From Octopus sinensis (taxonomy: Eukaryota), in contig NC_042997.1 of assembly GCF_006345805.1 (NCBI RefSeq), positions 157,914,001-157,978,000 of the forward strand: a DNA stretch of 64,000 bases. Reading direction: 5' to 3'. Shown here piece after piece: positions 25,101-38,740 of the stretch. Each line of letters starts with the position of its first letter. Position 1 is the first letter of the stretch. The position numbers and the translations under genes are program-made. Under the pieces are notes generated by a model. That model was not told the origin of the DNA. It made no database searches and saw only the letters and a program-made list of their open reading frames with translations.

Positions 25101-28100
25101 TTTTAAAAGATTTGAAACCACTATATTATTCCCTCTGATTACATGCATTGATGTTTCTATATGTGTGCTTCGCATTGTGCTTAACTGAGCGTATATCTAA
25201 AAGTGATGTCTAAGAAATATGCAACGCTAAGGTTAATACTGAAGTATATTTTTAGAGAGAAATTCTTAAAGTCGTCATAACGGGATTTCGCGAATGTGTC
25301 TAATTATAAATCAGACAGGCTATCATCTCCAGGTAATCCAACATTTAATAAATCACTTTTCTTTTTACATAATATAATCTTGGACTTATAACGTATATGA
25401 GTGGGGTGCATGTGTGTGTGCGCGCGCGCGCGCGCGCGTGTGTGTGTATGTTTGTGTATGATTGTGTGTATGTGTATGTATGCAGACCTTGCAAAACTTG
25501 GGACGAGAGAGGCAGTCAGCAAATCGCTGAAAAGGTTGCAAACCGCTGCGAAAGGACTAACAACTAAATGATTGTTTAACCAGCACATAAAAAAAATTTT
25601 AAAAATCGATTTGTAAGTTGGTTAGATATTTAACCAATTGACTAAAGAAGTGGGATTGAACCTGTGCATGTGTTATTATTATTGCCGCTTAGAGAGAATC
25701 ATCCCTGTCGCGCTGTTTGCAGCCTACAAGCGAACAAGCATGTTCGTGTATGCACAAATGTGGAATACAGAGCTGCACTTAACACATGTTGGAGTTGTAA
25801 ACCGTTAACAACTGTGATTCATATCCACATTACTAAAAGCCGTGTGCTAGTTAGAAAGCAGCAATAGTTATGTCCCTTTACGATCGAAATCTTTGGCCTT
25901 AAATGGCGACGCAGTGATTCGATCGAGTAAAATCGCTCCATCGGCAATTAAGAATTTTATAAATTACGTCGATGACGAGGGATAGCTACTGAAATATTTC
26001 TTAGCTCTCCTCCTTGTTAGAATTGCTGTTTTTGTAGTTATTTAGCATAAAGGTTATTCTGATCGAGGAATCCTATGCTCAAATGTATGCCATCCATGAT
26101 AATGATCTGCCACATCTATGATCATAGGCCTACAAGATGTGATGATACTGCGAAAACAAGAGAGCATCGTTAAACGTTTGCCATCTCTCAAAGAAGGAAG
26201 TATGTAATTGAGGCTTAGTTTGCAATATCTAGAAAAATGAGCGATCGCACAGAAGCTTTCCTGCTTTTTCATCCAATATATTCTATAATTAAACCAGCAG
26301 ATCCACCTCCTCTGAAAGTGCATACGGCCTATTTTAGAGCCTTACTATAAGGATTTCTTTCAGCATTCAGTTTCATTCAAGATGGTTTTGCAAGCGATAG
26401 TATTCCTGTAGGGGAAAAAAACAAATTCCAATTTGATGCCCATTTTGTATTCAATTCCACGTTGCATGGAATATTCTTGAAAACTAAACTTTTCCACTCC
26501 ATGCACCTCACCACTGTGCACATACGTACACGTAAACTTCTGTTACTTCAAACTAAGAAGATCAACACTCAACATAATATCTCTTCCACTGATCTCAAAA
26601 AATGCTCACTAAGCTACATCTATGCTCACCAAACATTCTGATATTTGGAAGCTTGCTACAGTGCATTCTTCTCCGTTTTAAGACTATATCAAATGATTTG
26701 AAATAGATTTTGTTTTTAATTTTAATAGATCGGGAGAAAACAGAGTAACTCTTCCTCGTTACTTCGTTTTCTTCTAATCTAGGGACCGAATCAATCGAAT
26801 TTCAATATTTTTAGTTAGTATCTCATGTATAAACGACGTAAAAGTGGGTTGAAAAGTAACTGTAACGGTGTCGTGAAAGGTTTGGTTGAAGGCCCAGATT
26901 TCCGAGTTCTTTTACAGTGATTAGAAAAACTGGAGGACCGCTGCTGTAAGTACGTGAGAGGCGACTATGTTGAATAAAATCATAATTAACTGATCCTCCT
27001 GTATTTTCTTTTACACAAAGCCAGGAACGTTTCAGCACCCCACTCGAATTGTCACCTTGGTCATGGCATTACATTTCCAGTGGATAAGACCCATAGGTAC
27101 ACGACGAGTGCTAACCCGGACTATTGCCAGTTAGTAGTTTGCCCAACATTACGTTGATTGGTTTTGTTTTGACATTCTAGGTTTCTGACAACCTCCACCC
27201 AAGGTAAATCTTTCGTAGGACAAGCAACAATTAGCAAGACTCTCGAGCATATTAATATAAGCTTCTATATAGAAATACATAACTCCTGCTCTCTGTGTAT
27301 TTCGAAACTGAATTTGCGTTCTACTCAAAAAGGATACAATGATAGGTTCTTTCAAAAACATTGTTGCTATAATGCATCAGAGAAACATAGTTTCCCTTTC
27401 ACACAAACATACACATACACTCAGACACACTCATGCATATCTTGCCGCTGTTGTCTATTATTTTTTTACGGTTTTACTACTTTCAGGCATTTGACTGGCA
27501 CACACCCGCGCACACACACTAACACGCATTTATAATATATCTTTAATCTTTTACTTGTTTCAGTAATTAGACTGCGGCTATGCTGGGGTACCGCCTTGAA
27601 GAATTTTTCGAAAATATCGTCTCCAGTACTTAGTGTTTAAAAGCCTGATACTTCCTACATCAGTCTCTTAACGGAGACGTAAAACACAACACCGATTGTT
27701 ACGCAGTGTGTGTGTATGAAATAGACACATGCGCGTGCACATACACACAGACACACACACACACATGTACACATATACGCACACAAAACTCAGACGAATC
27801 ATTTACGTATTTAACCTGTCATCTTAAAAAAATTTAATTTATTTATCGGAGTTTTTTTTCTGTTCATAATTATATTTAAGAGTTTATAAAGTTAGATTTA
27901 GCAACGACAACAACAGCAATTACATGAGCAACAACAACAACAATTATGAAATGCCAAAAATAATTCGTAATTAATTAAATAAACGTTTCTAATTAAAGTA
28001 CAACACTTACATATCAAATTTTAAAACTCAAATAACATGGGAGATAACTTTATGAATATGTTTTTGAGTTGTTTCCCCTAGTACAAAAGTTTCTATTTGC

Positions 28101-28989
28101 TTTTACGTCAGAAGTTAATACTTTACGATCTTTCTTTCTCATATTGTCCAAACATAGAAAAAGATTTAATTGCTTCCAACATATATGTTGAAGAAGTGAG
28201 TTTAGTCGATTTAGCCTAATCAATTTTATCGATCCCGAAATATAGAAAGTGAATATTGAATCTGGTTGCACTCTACTGCTTCACTGTTTCTCTCACACTG
28301 GCATTTAACAGAGGGTAAATAAAACTGATTGAATAAAGCATTCCAGTCTCATAAATATTCACGAAGAATGCTTTTCATTACGAAGGTGATAGAAGTTAAG
28401 AGGAGCTGGTGTAAAACAATCAGATAAATAAGAAAAAGAATAATACTTATTTTATCGATCCAAGAGGTATATAAGTAAAATTCGATAAACTACTCAAAAT
28501 ACACGCAGATAAAAGTAAATAGCCAATGCACCTATACAATATTAGTACTTCGATTTTTAACTTAATTTCTTCCAATTTCTTTCTATAATGATATATATAG
28601 TTTTTATTGAATTACCACGTTTATTTAGTGGATGTAAAAGTATAATCAATGCATGGATTATATGATAGTATCGTGGCTTGTTTTATAGACTGCGTGAAGA
28701 TGCATGGCCAGTGGTCATAAGGTCATGTGTTAAATCCCTGGAACGAGTGATCATAGGGTCATGTGTTAAATCCCTGGAGCGAGCAAATCAAGGCGATAAG
28801 CTCCACTCTAAAGAAATGCGAGGTATGATATGAACTCAAATTTACCTGGCACTTGAAAGGCAGAGCGATGCCGTCAAACTGAATTGAGGTTTGTTGGGCG
28901 GAAGAGCTGACTAAATTTTTCGGGATTTAGTTTTGTCCAGACCTTTTAGTGGGCTGGAACTCGGAGTATATGACGAGAAGTGTGGTTAG

Positions 28990-29210
28990 CCGGACTCAGA
29001 AATAGACCGAGAGGAGATACTCTTGAAGAGAAGAGCAGAGGTGGCGAACACCAACATTCCTCCGTCGCCTGGCCGTCGTGTCCTATCCATTTCATGTGTG
29101 ATCAGACAGGAGTTTCTGCTCTTTCTCTTTATGTTGCTAGGATGTGTTCCACCAAAAGGATGTTCCATCTGCTGTCAAAAGTCATATGTGGGGGAGGGGT
29201 CACAACGCGA
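28990..29210 (-). mobile_element. Probable RTE-clade LINE 3' fragment, highly decayed
   Basis: The minus-strand translation (MEHPFGGTHPSNIKRKSRNSCLITHEMDRTRR...) loosely follows the RTE C-terminal RW..WxP..KRxxGRPxxRW pattern. Confidence 0.35.
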
Positions 29211-29997
29211 AAAATGCTACCTAAGAGACTGAAAGCGATTGGAACTTAAAGTTGCATTGTCGACCCGCAGAAGAGTACCATTCTATATTCTACAAGAATC
29301 TTAAAAAAGAAGCTTGAGATTTGAGGAGACGTGTAGTGACGAAATGTCAAGATAAAATATCTGTCAACTAAGTTAGCATGTACTGACATAAAATCAATAA
29401 TTCTTCCTCAGCCTCAAAGGCCGCACGCAAAAGCAAAAGGACGATACTGTTGCTGCTATCGGCTCCCTCGCCTACCGGTAATCGAGTTGAACTTGGAACC
29501 GTAATCATAGCGTTTGTCTCCTCCCCTTCACATGCATTGCTCACAGTAATGTTATTGCTGTTGTTGTTGTTGCTGGTGGTGATGGTAGTGCTGTTGTTGT
29601 TTACAAGTCGCCACTCTCTAATGAATCTTGTAAAAGCGTGAGGCTCCCTTGTTACCTCTTCTCTGGGTGTTAATGCCGCTACAGGTTATAAATATATATA
29701 TATATAAAAAAAACAGTCGAAGAAGAAACAATATGTCACAGTTGTGCCCTTTAGGGCACGATATGGCAGTCCTTTCCTTCATTGAAGTGAAGCAGAGGTC
29801 TTTAATTAAATATTACACAAAATATGTCCAACAATAACAAAACTTTTCCAACAAAATTAATCAACTCCTCGGAGAGGAAATGGCCTGCGACTAACTTAAA
29901 TATCAACAACAACAATAATAATAATCTTTTGCCCTTAAGCCAGGGATCATCCTTAAATGATTTCCAATTATTTTTTTTATCATTCCAAAGGCGCCTA

Positions 29998-29999
29998 CA

Positions 30000-30061
<62 letters not shown>

Positions 30062-30450
30062 GTGAGAGAGCAGCGTATGCCATCAAAGGGACACTAGGAT
30101 ACAAATATACGAAGCCCAATAAAAGGGTACACCAGGTACATGCATCGCAACCACATGTGCGCAACATGGTGATCTCATATCACAATAAACAGCGCATGAC
30201 CTTGCAGATGAGTCACAGTTAGAATTTTCTTCAGGTCGAGTAGCCCATCCCGCTCAAAAAGTCCGTGAATAAAGGTCGTTTAAGGATGTTGAACGAAGCA
30301 CCCAATTTTCCAGAGATGAATTATTCAAACCCCAAAGAATTATTCTCGTGGTCAGAGATTCTCATATCGTCAGCTATTAAGGGACATACTCAACTGGTTA
30401 AGGTCAAACAACTGACATGCAAACCTGTGGTATTCAGCAGATTATTTGCT
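29998..30450. mobile_element. (TTA)n tract adjoining a common octopus interspersed repeat (..TTCTTCAGGTCGAGTAGCCCATCCCGCTCAAAA..)
   Basis: (TTA)n at 29998-30060 read directly; the interspersed repeat is recognised from memory of octopus repeats only. Confidence 0.5.
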
Positions 30451-32766
30451 GTCGCCCATCTTTTATACCAAAACAAATCATATACATGATAACACTTCCA
30501 ATCAGTTAAGACCAAAAGCCATGAGAGCCACTGCTTGTTTATGTCTTTCTGTTCCACGTTCTGAGACCAAATTTACCTTCCATCCTTTCGGAGTTAATAA
30601 AATAAAGTACGAGTCGATTCTAATCAACTAATCCTCTTCCACCAAATTTCAGCCTTTTACCTATATGAGAAACTATCATCATCATTTTGTTTTTACACAC
30701 ATAATATCTTTAATTGTTAAAAAAGAATTGCAAGATCGTAATGTGTAGGCTATCCAACAATACCAGAAGTACAGCTAATATAGTTTTGTTTAAGTGTAAA
30801 AACTGAGTTGGATGAACGTTAAAACTGACCTGTTATAGTTCACCCCACTGCAGATATGTACCACGATGAAAAAAATAATTAACAAGATTGTGACTGAGTA
30901 TGATTAAGTGTATACACCAAACTGCCACATTTCACATAGCTTTAAAAATATACCAAAATAAGGGGAATACTGTCGCAAATGGAGTTTGTAGGTAAAGCTG
31001 TGTGTATATGATGTAACAATATCATTCGAACTTTTAATTATAACTTTTATTTCATCGCACAAATTTACACAATTGAAAGAATAATTCTGTAGTTTATTTT
31101 TATAAATAGTTGATTACAAAAACTCTGTACATAAGCTTGCCAAAACAGGAGAAAATATACACAGTATATTCATATCGGCGAACTTTATTGACATATCCAG
31201 GTTGAACAGAAGTCGTTAAAATGACTAGTATAAAAGGCAAGAGAGTGTGTAGAACTGGACCGAAGGTGCTACACATAGAAGGTTGGCGCTAAAAATAAGC
31301 CTTTCTATAACCCTTTAACCGAGGCGTTCTAGAAGGATCTAGAGTGATTTACCACATGAAGTCTGCCAGCTGACTGGCCAATAACTCAGCCTCTCACATG
31401 AACAATGTCCTGTTGTGCTGTGATTTAAACTTCGCAATCAGATGACTGGGTTTCGAGTTTTCCTACATTATGTACGAATGATAACTAGTAGAAAAGCTGG
31501 GGATTCATATAATGTGTGCTTTGTTAACTTAGTTTGGTATGTTATTGATCATTCTTAATCTTGCCAATGCATTATTGAATAATGAGGGGTAGATTTCGAT
31601 TATGAAACCTAAGTACTACAAGCAAAAAACGATCTTATTGACTACTCAATCTAGCCAACTAAATAGAATAGGTTTCGCTTCGACGACCTCAGATAATTGG
31701 GTTTTGCAAGCTAATTGATACGAATCACGAGAGAGCGAAGTTTTCATTCCACATCCCCATATTGCATATGCGAGGCAATAATCTTACGTGTTTTTAAAAT
31801 ACAGAGCGCACCAATGCGATATTTTCTCTCAGCCATTTTATTGAACCTCATATTTCACGCCACTATATTCTCCCTATTTTTAATTCCACTGATCACTCTT
31901 AATATTGCCAACGAAGCAGAATAAACTTAATGTCCAGTGTTCTTATGATTTTGATTTAAAACCCGGATTCACTCCAGTCAGCACTACCACAAAATTTCGA
32001 TAAGCTGAGTGTATTTGTGTTATCTCCCTTGGTTAATGGTTTTATATTATACACACTTCTAGAAGGAGATTTTTGTTTTTGAACCTACAAATTGCTTGGA
32101 AGATTTCTGTTGATCTATCGAACTTCTTCGACTTAATATAGATGCGAAGTCCTACCGTATTTAGGTATAAAGGTTCATTTTATTTGATACCTCTCACCAT
32201 CGCCGCACCGGGATGCTGAACTCTTTATATAATTGGTTAAAGGATAATGAAATTTTAACATGTAGGGTTTGGTGAATAAACGTCAACACTACCAGTAAAA
32301 TAAATTGCAAGTGAAACAGTAACTGGAGTCAATTACAACGCTGAATTGTGTCTTTATCTATCGAAACTAGATATTCACAGCTAAGAAGTTTGAAGTATAA
32401 TAAGCTGTTTTGTTTATGATCACTACACTGCGAACGCAGCAGGACATAAATCTTGTATGATTTGGCTGCAACTTCATGTTTCTACCAATTTAGCCAGTGC
32501 AACTTTCCATGAGTAACGCACTTAACTCTCGTTCTCACAGTTCATTAAAATTGTATATATTCCTTTATTCGGTTTCCTTTCGCTTGTTTCAGTCATTCGG
32601 CTGCAGCCATGCTGATGTATTATTCAAAGTGCTTAATCGACCCTGTTTTTATTTTAAAGTATGTTACATATTTTATTAAACATTTTTGCGGAACCACTGA
32701 GTTACTGCAGCGTAATCAGAGCGACACCGGCTGTCATGTGGCGGGGGTACAAACGTAAAGCCACGT

Positions 32767-32813
<47 letters not shown>

Positions 32814-32819
32814 TATACA

Positions 32820-34345
32820 TACATACATGCAAAATTAATGTCACCCACGCACTTTTTGTTGATGACCTAAAGTTATATTCTGATAGTATGACGAACACCA
32901 AGAGACAGAACTAGTCACAAGATTCTCACGAAATATAGAAAGTGAGCTTGAGAAAGATAAATGCTCATATATAATACTCAATTGGGTAACGATTGTCGAC
33001 CAGGCAGAGAACATGTCTGCTCTATCTCAAATGATGTAGGCTACAGGTGCCTTGGAGTCGATGAGAATGTTGCATACTCTGGGGCTGTAACTAAAGCTAA
33101 AATAACAAAAGAGTACTTTTGTAGACTCCGGAAAATAAGGAAGTTGGAGCTGCTTGCATTTAACAATACCATATCTCATAATGCTTTCGTAGTATCAGAA
33201 TTAGTACTTGTATTTTGGATATTGGACTGGACATTCGATGAAATAGGCGACCTGGACATGAAAACCAGAGAGGCACTGAACACCACATTAACAGTGTCAC
33301 AGGTAGGATTTATGTGAGAAGAAGTGATGGCGGTAGTCAGTCCAAACAGCCTTTGAATGTACCACGCAGACAACACCCGCTGAAGAGTATAGAAAGAAAT
33401 TAGTATATTTCATACATACTCAAAAGTGACAGCAACATCTTTAGAACTACTGTGCAGGTACTCTGAGTGTACAACTGTCTCATGCGACTGAAAGGTGGCT
33501 GGAATGGCCTACCTAAACAAAAGCTTGGAAGAGAAATAGGCATCATATCAAAAAAAAGCAGTGCACGGGTACATACCCCGTAAGCTAGAGGGCAAGAACA
33601 ACATTGTGAGGAAGAGCAGCCTCTCTTGGACCTGAGATAGATATATTACATCCCACTTAGAAGGATACGTCTTCGCTATTTAGGAGCAGGAGATAACTAC
33701 TAAATATCTGATAAGCATGAGGGACAGACAAATATACATAAAAACCTCTACATTGCTTAAAAAATGATGGCTCTGCTACACCCGTATCATTAGGAACTAC
33801 CTTAAAATATCGATGAGATACTACCTGCTCCTGAGCTATGACTTAGTAGCAAAGGCTATTTATAGTGCTATCATAGGAAGGACTGCTCTGGCGTATACAT
33901 CAAAGCATGTCAGAACCAGCAGGTATTCTCACCTTTAAAAACAAGGAATACTGATGGAACGCTCCAATAAAAACTTCAATTCAGGCCAAACATAACAGAC
34001 CTGATATTGTTCTGAGGACCAGGGAATAAAAGTCAAGCGCTGTTGCAGAGATTAGCTGCCCAGCGAATGTGAATGTACGATCAAACGTCCAGGAAAAAAG
34101 AGAACATTTATGGCGAATCAATGCGGAACTTACAGCTCTTGTACTCTGATTATGAATTCTCATTTGTACCTCCCATCATAAGTGCATTAGGTTATGTGCC
34201 AACAAATTTGCACAAATACCTAGAAATACTTGGTTTCACGGAGAAAGAGCAAAAGAAACTAACGCAGGTTCTCCAAATCAATTTATTAGTGGCACAGGGA
34301 AGATATGTTAGGCTTTCCAAAAATTCTTTATCTGAGACTCTTATG
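32820..34345 (+). mobile_element. R4/Dong-clade non-LTR retrotransposon (RT + restriction-like endonuclease), decayed and 5'-truncated
   Basis: THALFVDDLKLY (RT catalytic motif) at about 32845; CLGVDEN..KAKITKEYFCRLRKIRKLEL; HNRPDIVL..EISCP (RLE PD..D/ExK-like); C-terminal YGESMRNLQLLYSDYEFSFVPPIISALGYV. Confidence 0.85.
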
Positions 34346-34488
34346 TGAATAGATGCACACACTTGGATGTAAGCATCGATAGTTCAGCCAACACACCAAC
34401 TCAACCAAGTCTTGTCAGCTTGACTTCTTCCAAGAAGAACTTAAATTAAACTCAAACACATACACACACATATGTATGTGTGTGTTTG

Positions 34489-34608
<120 letters not shown>

Positions 34609-34613
34609 ATATA

Positions 34614-35090
34614 CTAGCAGTATCGCCCGGCGTTGCTCGGGTTTGTAAGGGAAATAACTATATAAGCATTTTTAGAGAGTTACTTCCCTTATAGATGCCA
34701 ATTCGGGCTTTCTTAGCCATTTCTGTTTTGGTGTCTTCAAGCCATGAAGTCGTTGTTCTAAAAGAACGCTGGTCTCCTTGACAACGCATTACGACGTTGA
34801 TTTCCTTACACTCCCTTCCCACACAGGTGCAGGTGTGAGCGTGGAAGCCAACTCCGCCGCCATCGACACACGAAAAATTATGCATTAAAATGGAATAAAA
34901 AATGATGTTAAATTATTTTTAAAATCGTAGACTCATCGTAGACGCGCGCTAATAGCAAGACGGGCTCGATATGAATCACGACTATAAGATACCCGAATTT
35001 GATTAAACTGCACCGCAAAATGTGGGAGTAGTTAGGAATCTAAATCGAAGGGGACAGACACTCACACAACTACAGTTTTATATATATAGA
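34614..35090 (-). mobile_element. Non-autonomous Helitron, complete (477 bp)
   Basis: The minus strand starts TCTATATATATAAAAC (35090) and ends ...CCCGAGCAACGCCGGGCGATACTGCTAG (34614): 5'-TC, subterminal GC hairpin and 3'-CTAG. It is inserted at an AT dinucleotide within a (TA)n tract. Confidence 0.9.
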
Positions 35091-35099
35091 TATATATAT

Positions 35100-35207
<108 letters not shown>

Positions 35208-35962
35208 ATAGAGACGGTGCGCGCGCAATCACACATGCAAAAAGAAGCAATATACGTACGAAGATGACTAAAACACAAAACAAGACTATAGTATAAAGTA
35301 TGTGTTGTTAGCTTGCTACATATACAGTACGCTAAGTCGTCTTTTGAGCCCGGTACGATAGAACCTTCCTCTTCACATCATTATCCTCACTCTCTTTCAA
35401 ATTATTTAGAAATCGTTCAGTAATAATTCATATATCTTAGCCATGACTTCAATAAATTGGTGATGACAGAATTACAAGATTGATTGTTTGTCAATAGACT
35501 TGTCAATATATCTATACTGCTGAACGTATCCAACCAAAAGTGTTATATAAGACTAACACCAAAATCATAAATACTAATTCAAAATAACGAATAATCCGTT
35601 AGCAGGCCACTGAACCTGTTAGAAATAGCAACTAACTTCCTTCAAATCAAACTCTACTGTCCGAACAGAGTACGTTTGCATGTGCATTATTAAATATAGA
35701 AAAGAACAAGTGGATCACAGCTGAAATGAATTCATTTAGGAACCTGTTCAATCAAGGACGACCTGGGAATAAACGCAAAAACAAAAGTAGTTTACAAAGC
35801 CGTAATACTTATTTCAGTTTTCTATAACGGTATGTGTATGAGCAACATACTTATTCTCAAGATATGACACACTCATAATTGCTGGTAGATTTTTATTTCC
35901 ACCGTTCACACTAAATTCAGCAATGTAGAAAATGAAATTCTCATATCACACTATGGTATCGA

Positions 35963-36190
35963 CCACAACCAAAGCGGCAAGCTGGTAGAATTGTTAGCAC
36001 GCCAGATGAAATGCTTAGCGGCATTTCGTCTGTGTTTACTTTCGTATTTCAAATTCCGCCGAGGTCGACTTTGCCTTTCATCTTTTCGGGGTCGATAAAA
36101 TAAGAACCAGTTGAACACTGGGAGTCGATGTAATTGATTTTCCCCTTTCCCCCAAATTGCTGGCCTTGTGCCAAAATGTGAAACCACTAT
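35963..36190 (+). mobile_element. Family A SINE
   Basis: GCGGCAAGCTGGTAGAATTGTTAGCACGCC head; GCCTTTCATCTTTTCGGGGTCGAT core; TTTGAAACCA-like tail. Confidence 0.85.
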
Positions 36191-36657
36191 AACTGATACA
36201 ACTAAACTAAAGCACTAATGATAAAATCCAAACATTACTAACACAGTTTAATCTACTATAGCCAACTCACTACCAAGTTGCTGACGTCAGAACTATTGGA
36301 GAAATACTTTTGCCTCCCGAGTTTGTGTTTTACCATATAAATGAACATGACAGTGCCGCAGATACAACACGTAATAAGTGAGTTGAAAATAACTCTAATT
36401 ATTTCAGATTATACAATGATTAGACAGCAAACTCTATCAAGAGTGATTAAAATCTAAAAACGAACTCGGAAGATAATTCCAATAAGATCACTTCATCAAA
36501 ATTTCGATCAATATAAACATTGCAACTGAGAGTAGTTCTGGTTTTTAAAACCGACTGCTGAGAGAAATGGCCATATTTCAAATTTCTTACAGAAGTATAA
36601 TACATTTAAAAGACTTAAAAGAATGAGTGTGTGTGCGTATGCGTGTATATATATATA

Positions 36658-36734
<77 letters not shown>

Positions 36735-36827
36735 ATAATAATAATGATTATCATTATTTGAGGGAATATTAATCCTAACTTACAGGGGAAAAAATTCAAA
36801 TCAGAAATACTAAATCAAATTTCACAC

Positions 36828-36861
<34 letters not shown>

Positions 36862-36862
<1 letters not shown>

Positions 36863-38411
36863 CCAACCTCTGGAGAAATTCGTTAGACACAGGTTATATA
36901 CCGAAACAGTTTCTATCCCAGTCAGTCAAATAGGGAAACAGATCCCTCGCACTCAACTATCGCCCAATCTTACTCACCTCCCACATCATTAAAGTGTTTG
37001 AAAGAGTGTTAAGATCAAGGATAGCTGACTTTCTGGAGACCCACAAACTCCTAAATGCAAATCAGCATGGCTTTCGCTGTGGCAGGGACTGTCTAACACA
37101 GCTCTTACACCACATTGAAGATGTACTCAAAGCCTAGGGAACAGATTCGAACTCTGATGTCATATATCTTGACTTCAGTAAAGCGTTCGACAGGGTAGAC
37201 CATAATATCCTACTCTCAAAATCGGCAAATGTTGGAATCCATGGAAAAGTTCTACACTGGATTAAGTATTTCCTGGCGAATAGAACACAACATGTTGTAG
37301 TTGATGGAGCCCACTAAAGCCCAGCAAAAGTCACCAGCGGTGTCCCCCAGGGGACTGTCTAGGGTCCGCTACTCTTCAAAATTTACATAAACGTTCTTTC
37401 CAGGGTCGTACATTACTGCAAAGTGGAAATATTTGCTGATGACACTAAGCTCCAGCAAATCGTCACTGAAGAAGCAGACCGAACTCAACTCCAGTCTGAT
37501 CTATATGCTGTGAGTCAATGGGCAGACAGAAACAAAATGCAACTGAACGAGGGAACATTTCAGCTGATACATTTTGGAAGAAATTCCTCACTAAAACAGC
37601 CATACTCTCTTCCTTCAGGGGAACCCCTCACAGCCTCTAACAATATCAGAGACCTGGGTGTAATTGTTGATGACGATCTCAGTTGGAGTGCACACATCAA
37701 CAAGAAGGTCGATATAGCTCGTAGGATGAGTTCCTGGATCTTAAGAACTTTCCGGTCCAGAGAACAAGGTGTCATCATACCACTTTTTTCCTCCTTTGTA
37801 CGGCCACACCTCGAATACTGCTGCCCACTGTGGTCTCCCCATACAAGACAAAACATCTCGAGGATTGAATCACCCCAGAGGGCACTCACTAAACGAATTG
37901 AAGGCATGGCTGCTCTCGATTATTGGGACCGCCTTAAAGCCTTGAAACTCTACTCTCTCCAGCGTCGCCGTGAGCGGTACATCATTTGTACGATGTGGAG
38001 AATATACCGCCATCTTTGCCCAAACGACCTGAACTAATGTTCAGGTCCATCCAAGACTGGGACCACGGGCCATACGTCCCCTGCCCAATTCAAGATCACA
38101 GCATACATGTACACTGCAACATAATTTCTTTTCCTCAACAGGCCCTGCCCTATTTAACATTGTCCCGAAAGAGATCAAAGAGGAAAAGGATCCCATCAAC
38201 TTTAAACGGAGTCTGGATAGATTCCTTCAAGGAATACCAGATAAGCCACCCATAATTGGATACAACTCACCCAACAAAAACTCACTACTTGAATGGACCA
38301 TAAACAAAACTTGACTTAAACAAGATTCAAATAATCCTATCAGGTGGTGCTATTAAGTTAGACATGGCCTGGACCAATCTTTGGTCGAAACATATCTAAG
38401 TTTATCTAAGT
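36862..38411 (+). mobile_element. CR1-clade LINE, 5'-truncated, RT pseudogene
   Basis: NYRPI..SHIIKVFERV...NQHGFR..YLDFSKAFDRVDH...SGVPQGTV*GPLLF..IFADDTKL...RPHLEYCCPLWSP...RRRER. Three in-frame stops upstream of ORF 37423..38037. Ends in a short tandem tail (ATCTAAGTTT)2. Confidence 0.92.
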
Positions 38412-38536
38412 TTATATATATATATATAAAATTAGAAAAAAAACACCATTTATCAATTCAAAATGAACAATTAAATTACGCCATCTAGAAAATTACATAT
38501 AATTGAAATATTAAAATTAAAATAACAATAAAATAT

Positions 38537-38740
38537 TACGGAGATGTGCTCGCATAGCAAGTAATTTGATCTGAGATCGTGTGCTGAAACGAAAACAATT
38601 GCAGCGTGGAAGGTGTTTATAAGCCATTTAAGAAACACACAAAAGCCGTTCTATTCACTTCAACATTTAAGTTTAATTTATCAAAATATTTTCGTCGCTA
38701 AAATCCGCGACCTGTTCACTGACAAAAATCCGTGCTGCAT
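38537..38740 (-). mobile_element. About 200-bp hammerhead-bearing repeat (same family as 21183-21380)
   Basis: High similarity to 21183-21380; flanked by a 120-bp inverted repeat (38413-38535 / 38813-38930). Confidence 0.75.
38677..38726 (-). ncRNA. Minimal type I hammerhead ribozyme motif, G3-C8 variant
   Basis: Minus strand: TTTGTCA-GTGAACA-G-GTCGC-ggatttta-GCGAC-GAA-AATATT-T-TGATAAA. Helix I has 7 bp, helix II 5 bp, helix III is palindromic. Confidence 0.65.

Noticed and set aside
28715-28790. Direct repeat GGTCATGTGTTAAATCCCTGG x2, superficially CRISPR-like
   Set aside because: Only two units with a very short spacer; it is a local duplication in a decayed SINE head, and there are no cas genes in this eukaryotic DNA.
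29450-29641. Hydrophobic ORF resembling a transmembrane or signal peptide
   Set aside because: The Leu/Val run comes from a (GTT/GCT/GGT)n trinucleotide tract and there is no in-frame ATG start.
31229-31236. TATAAAAG box with a CCAAT motif about 150 nt downstream
   Set aside because: Single motifs are expected by chance in AT-rich DNA, and no downstream exon or ORF supports a promoter.
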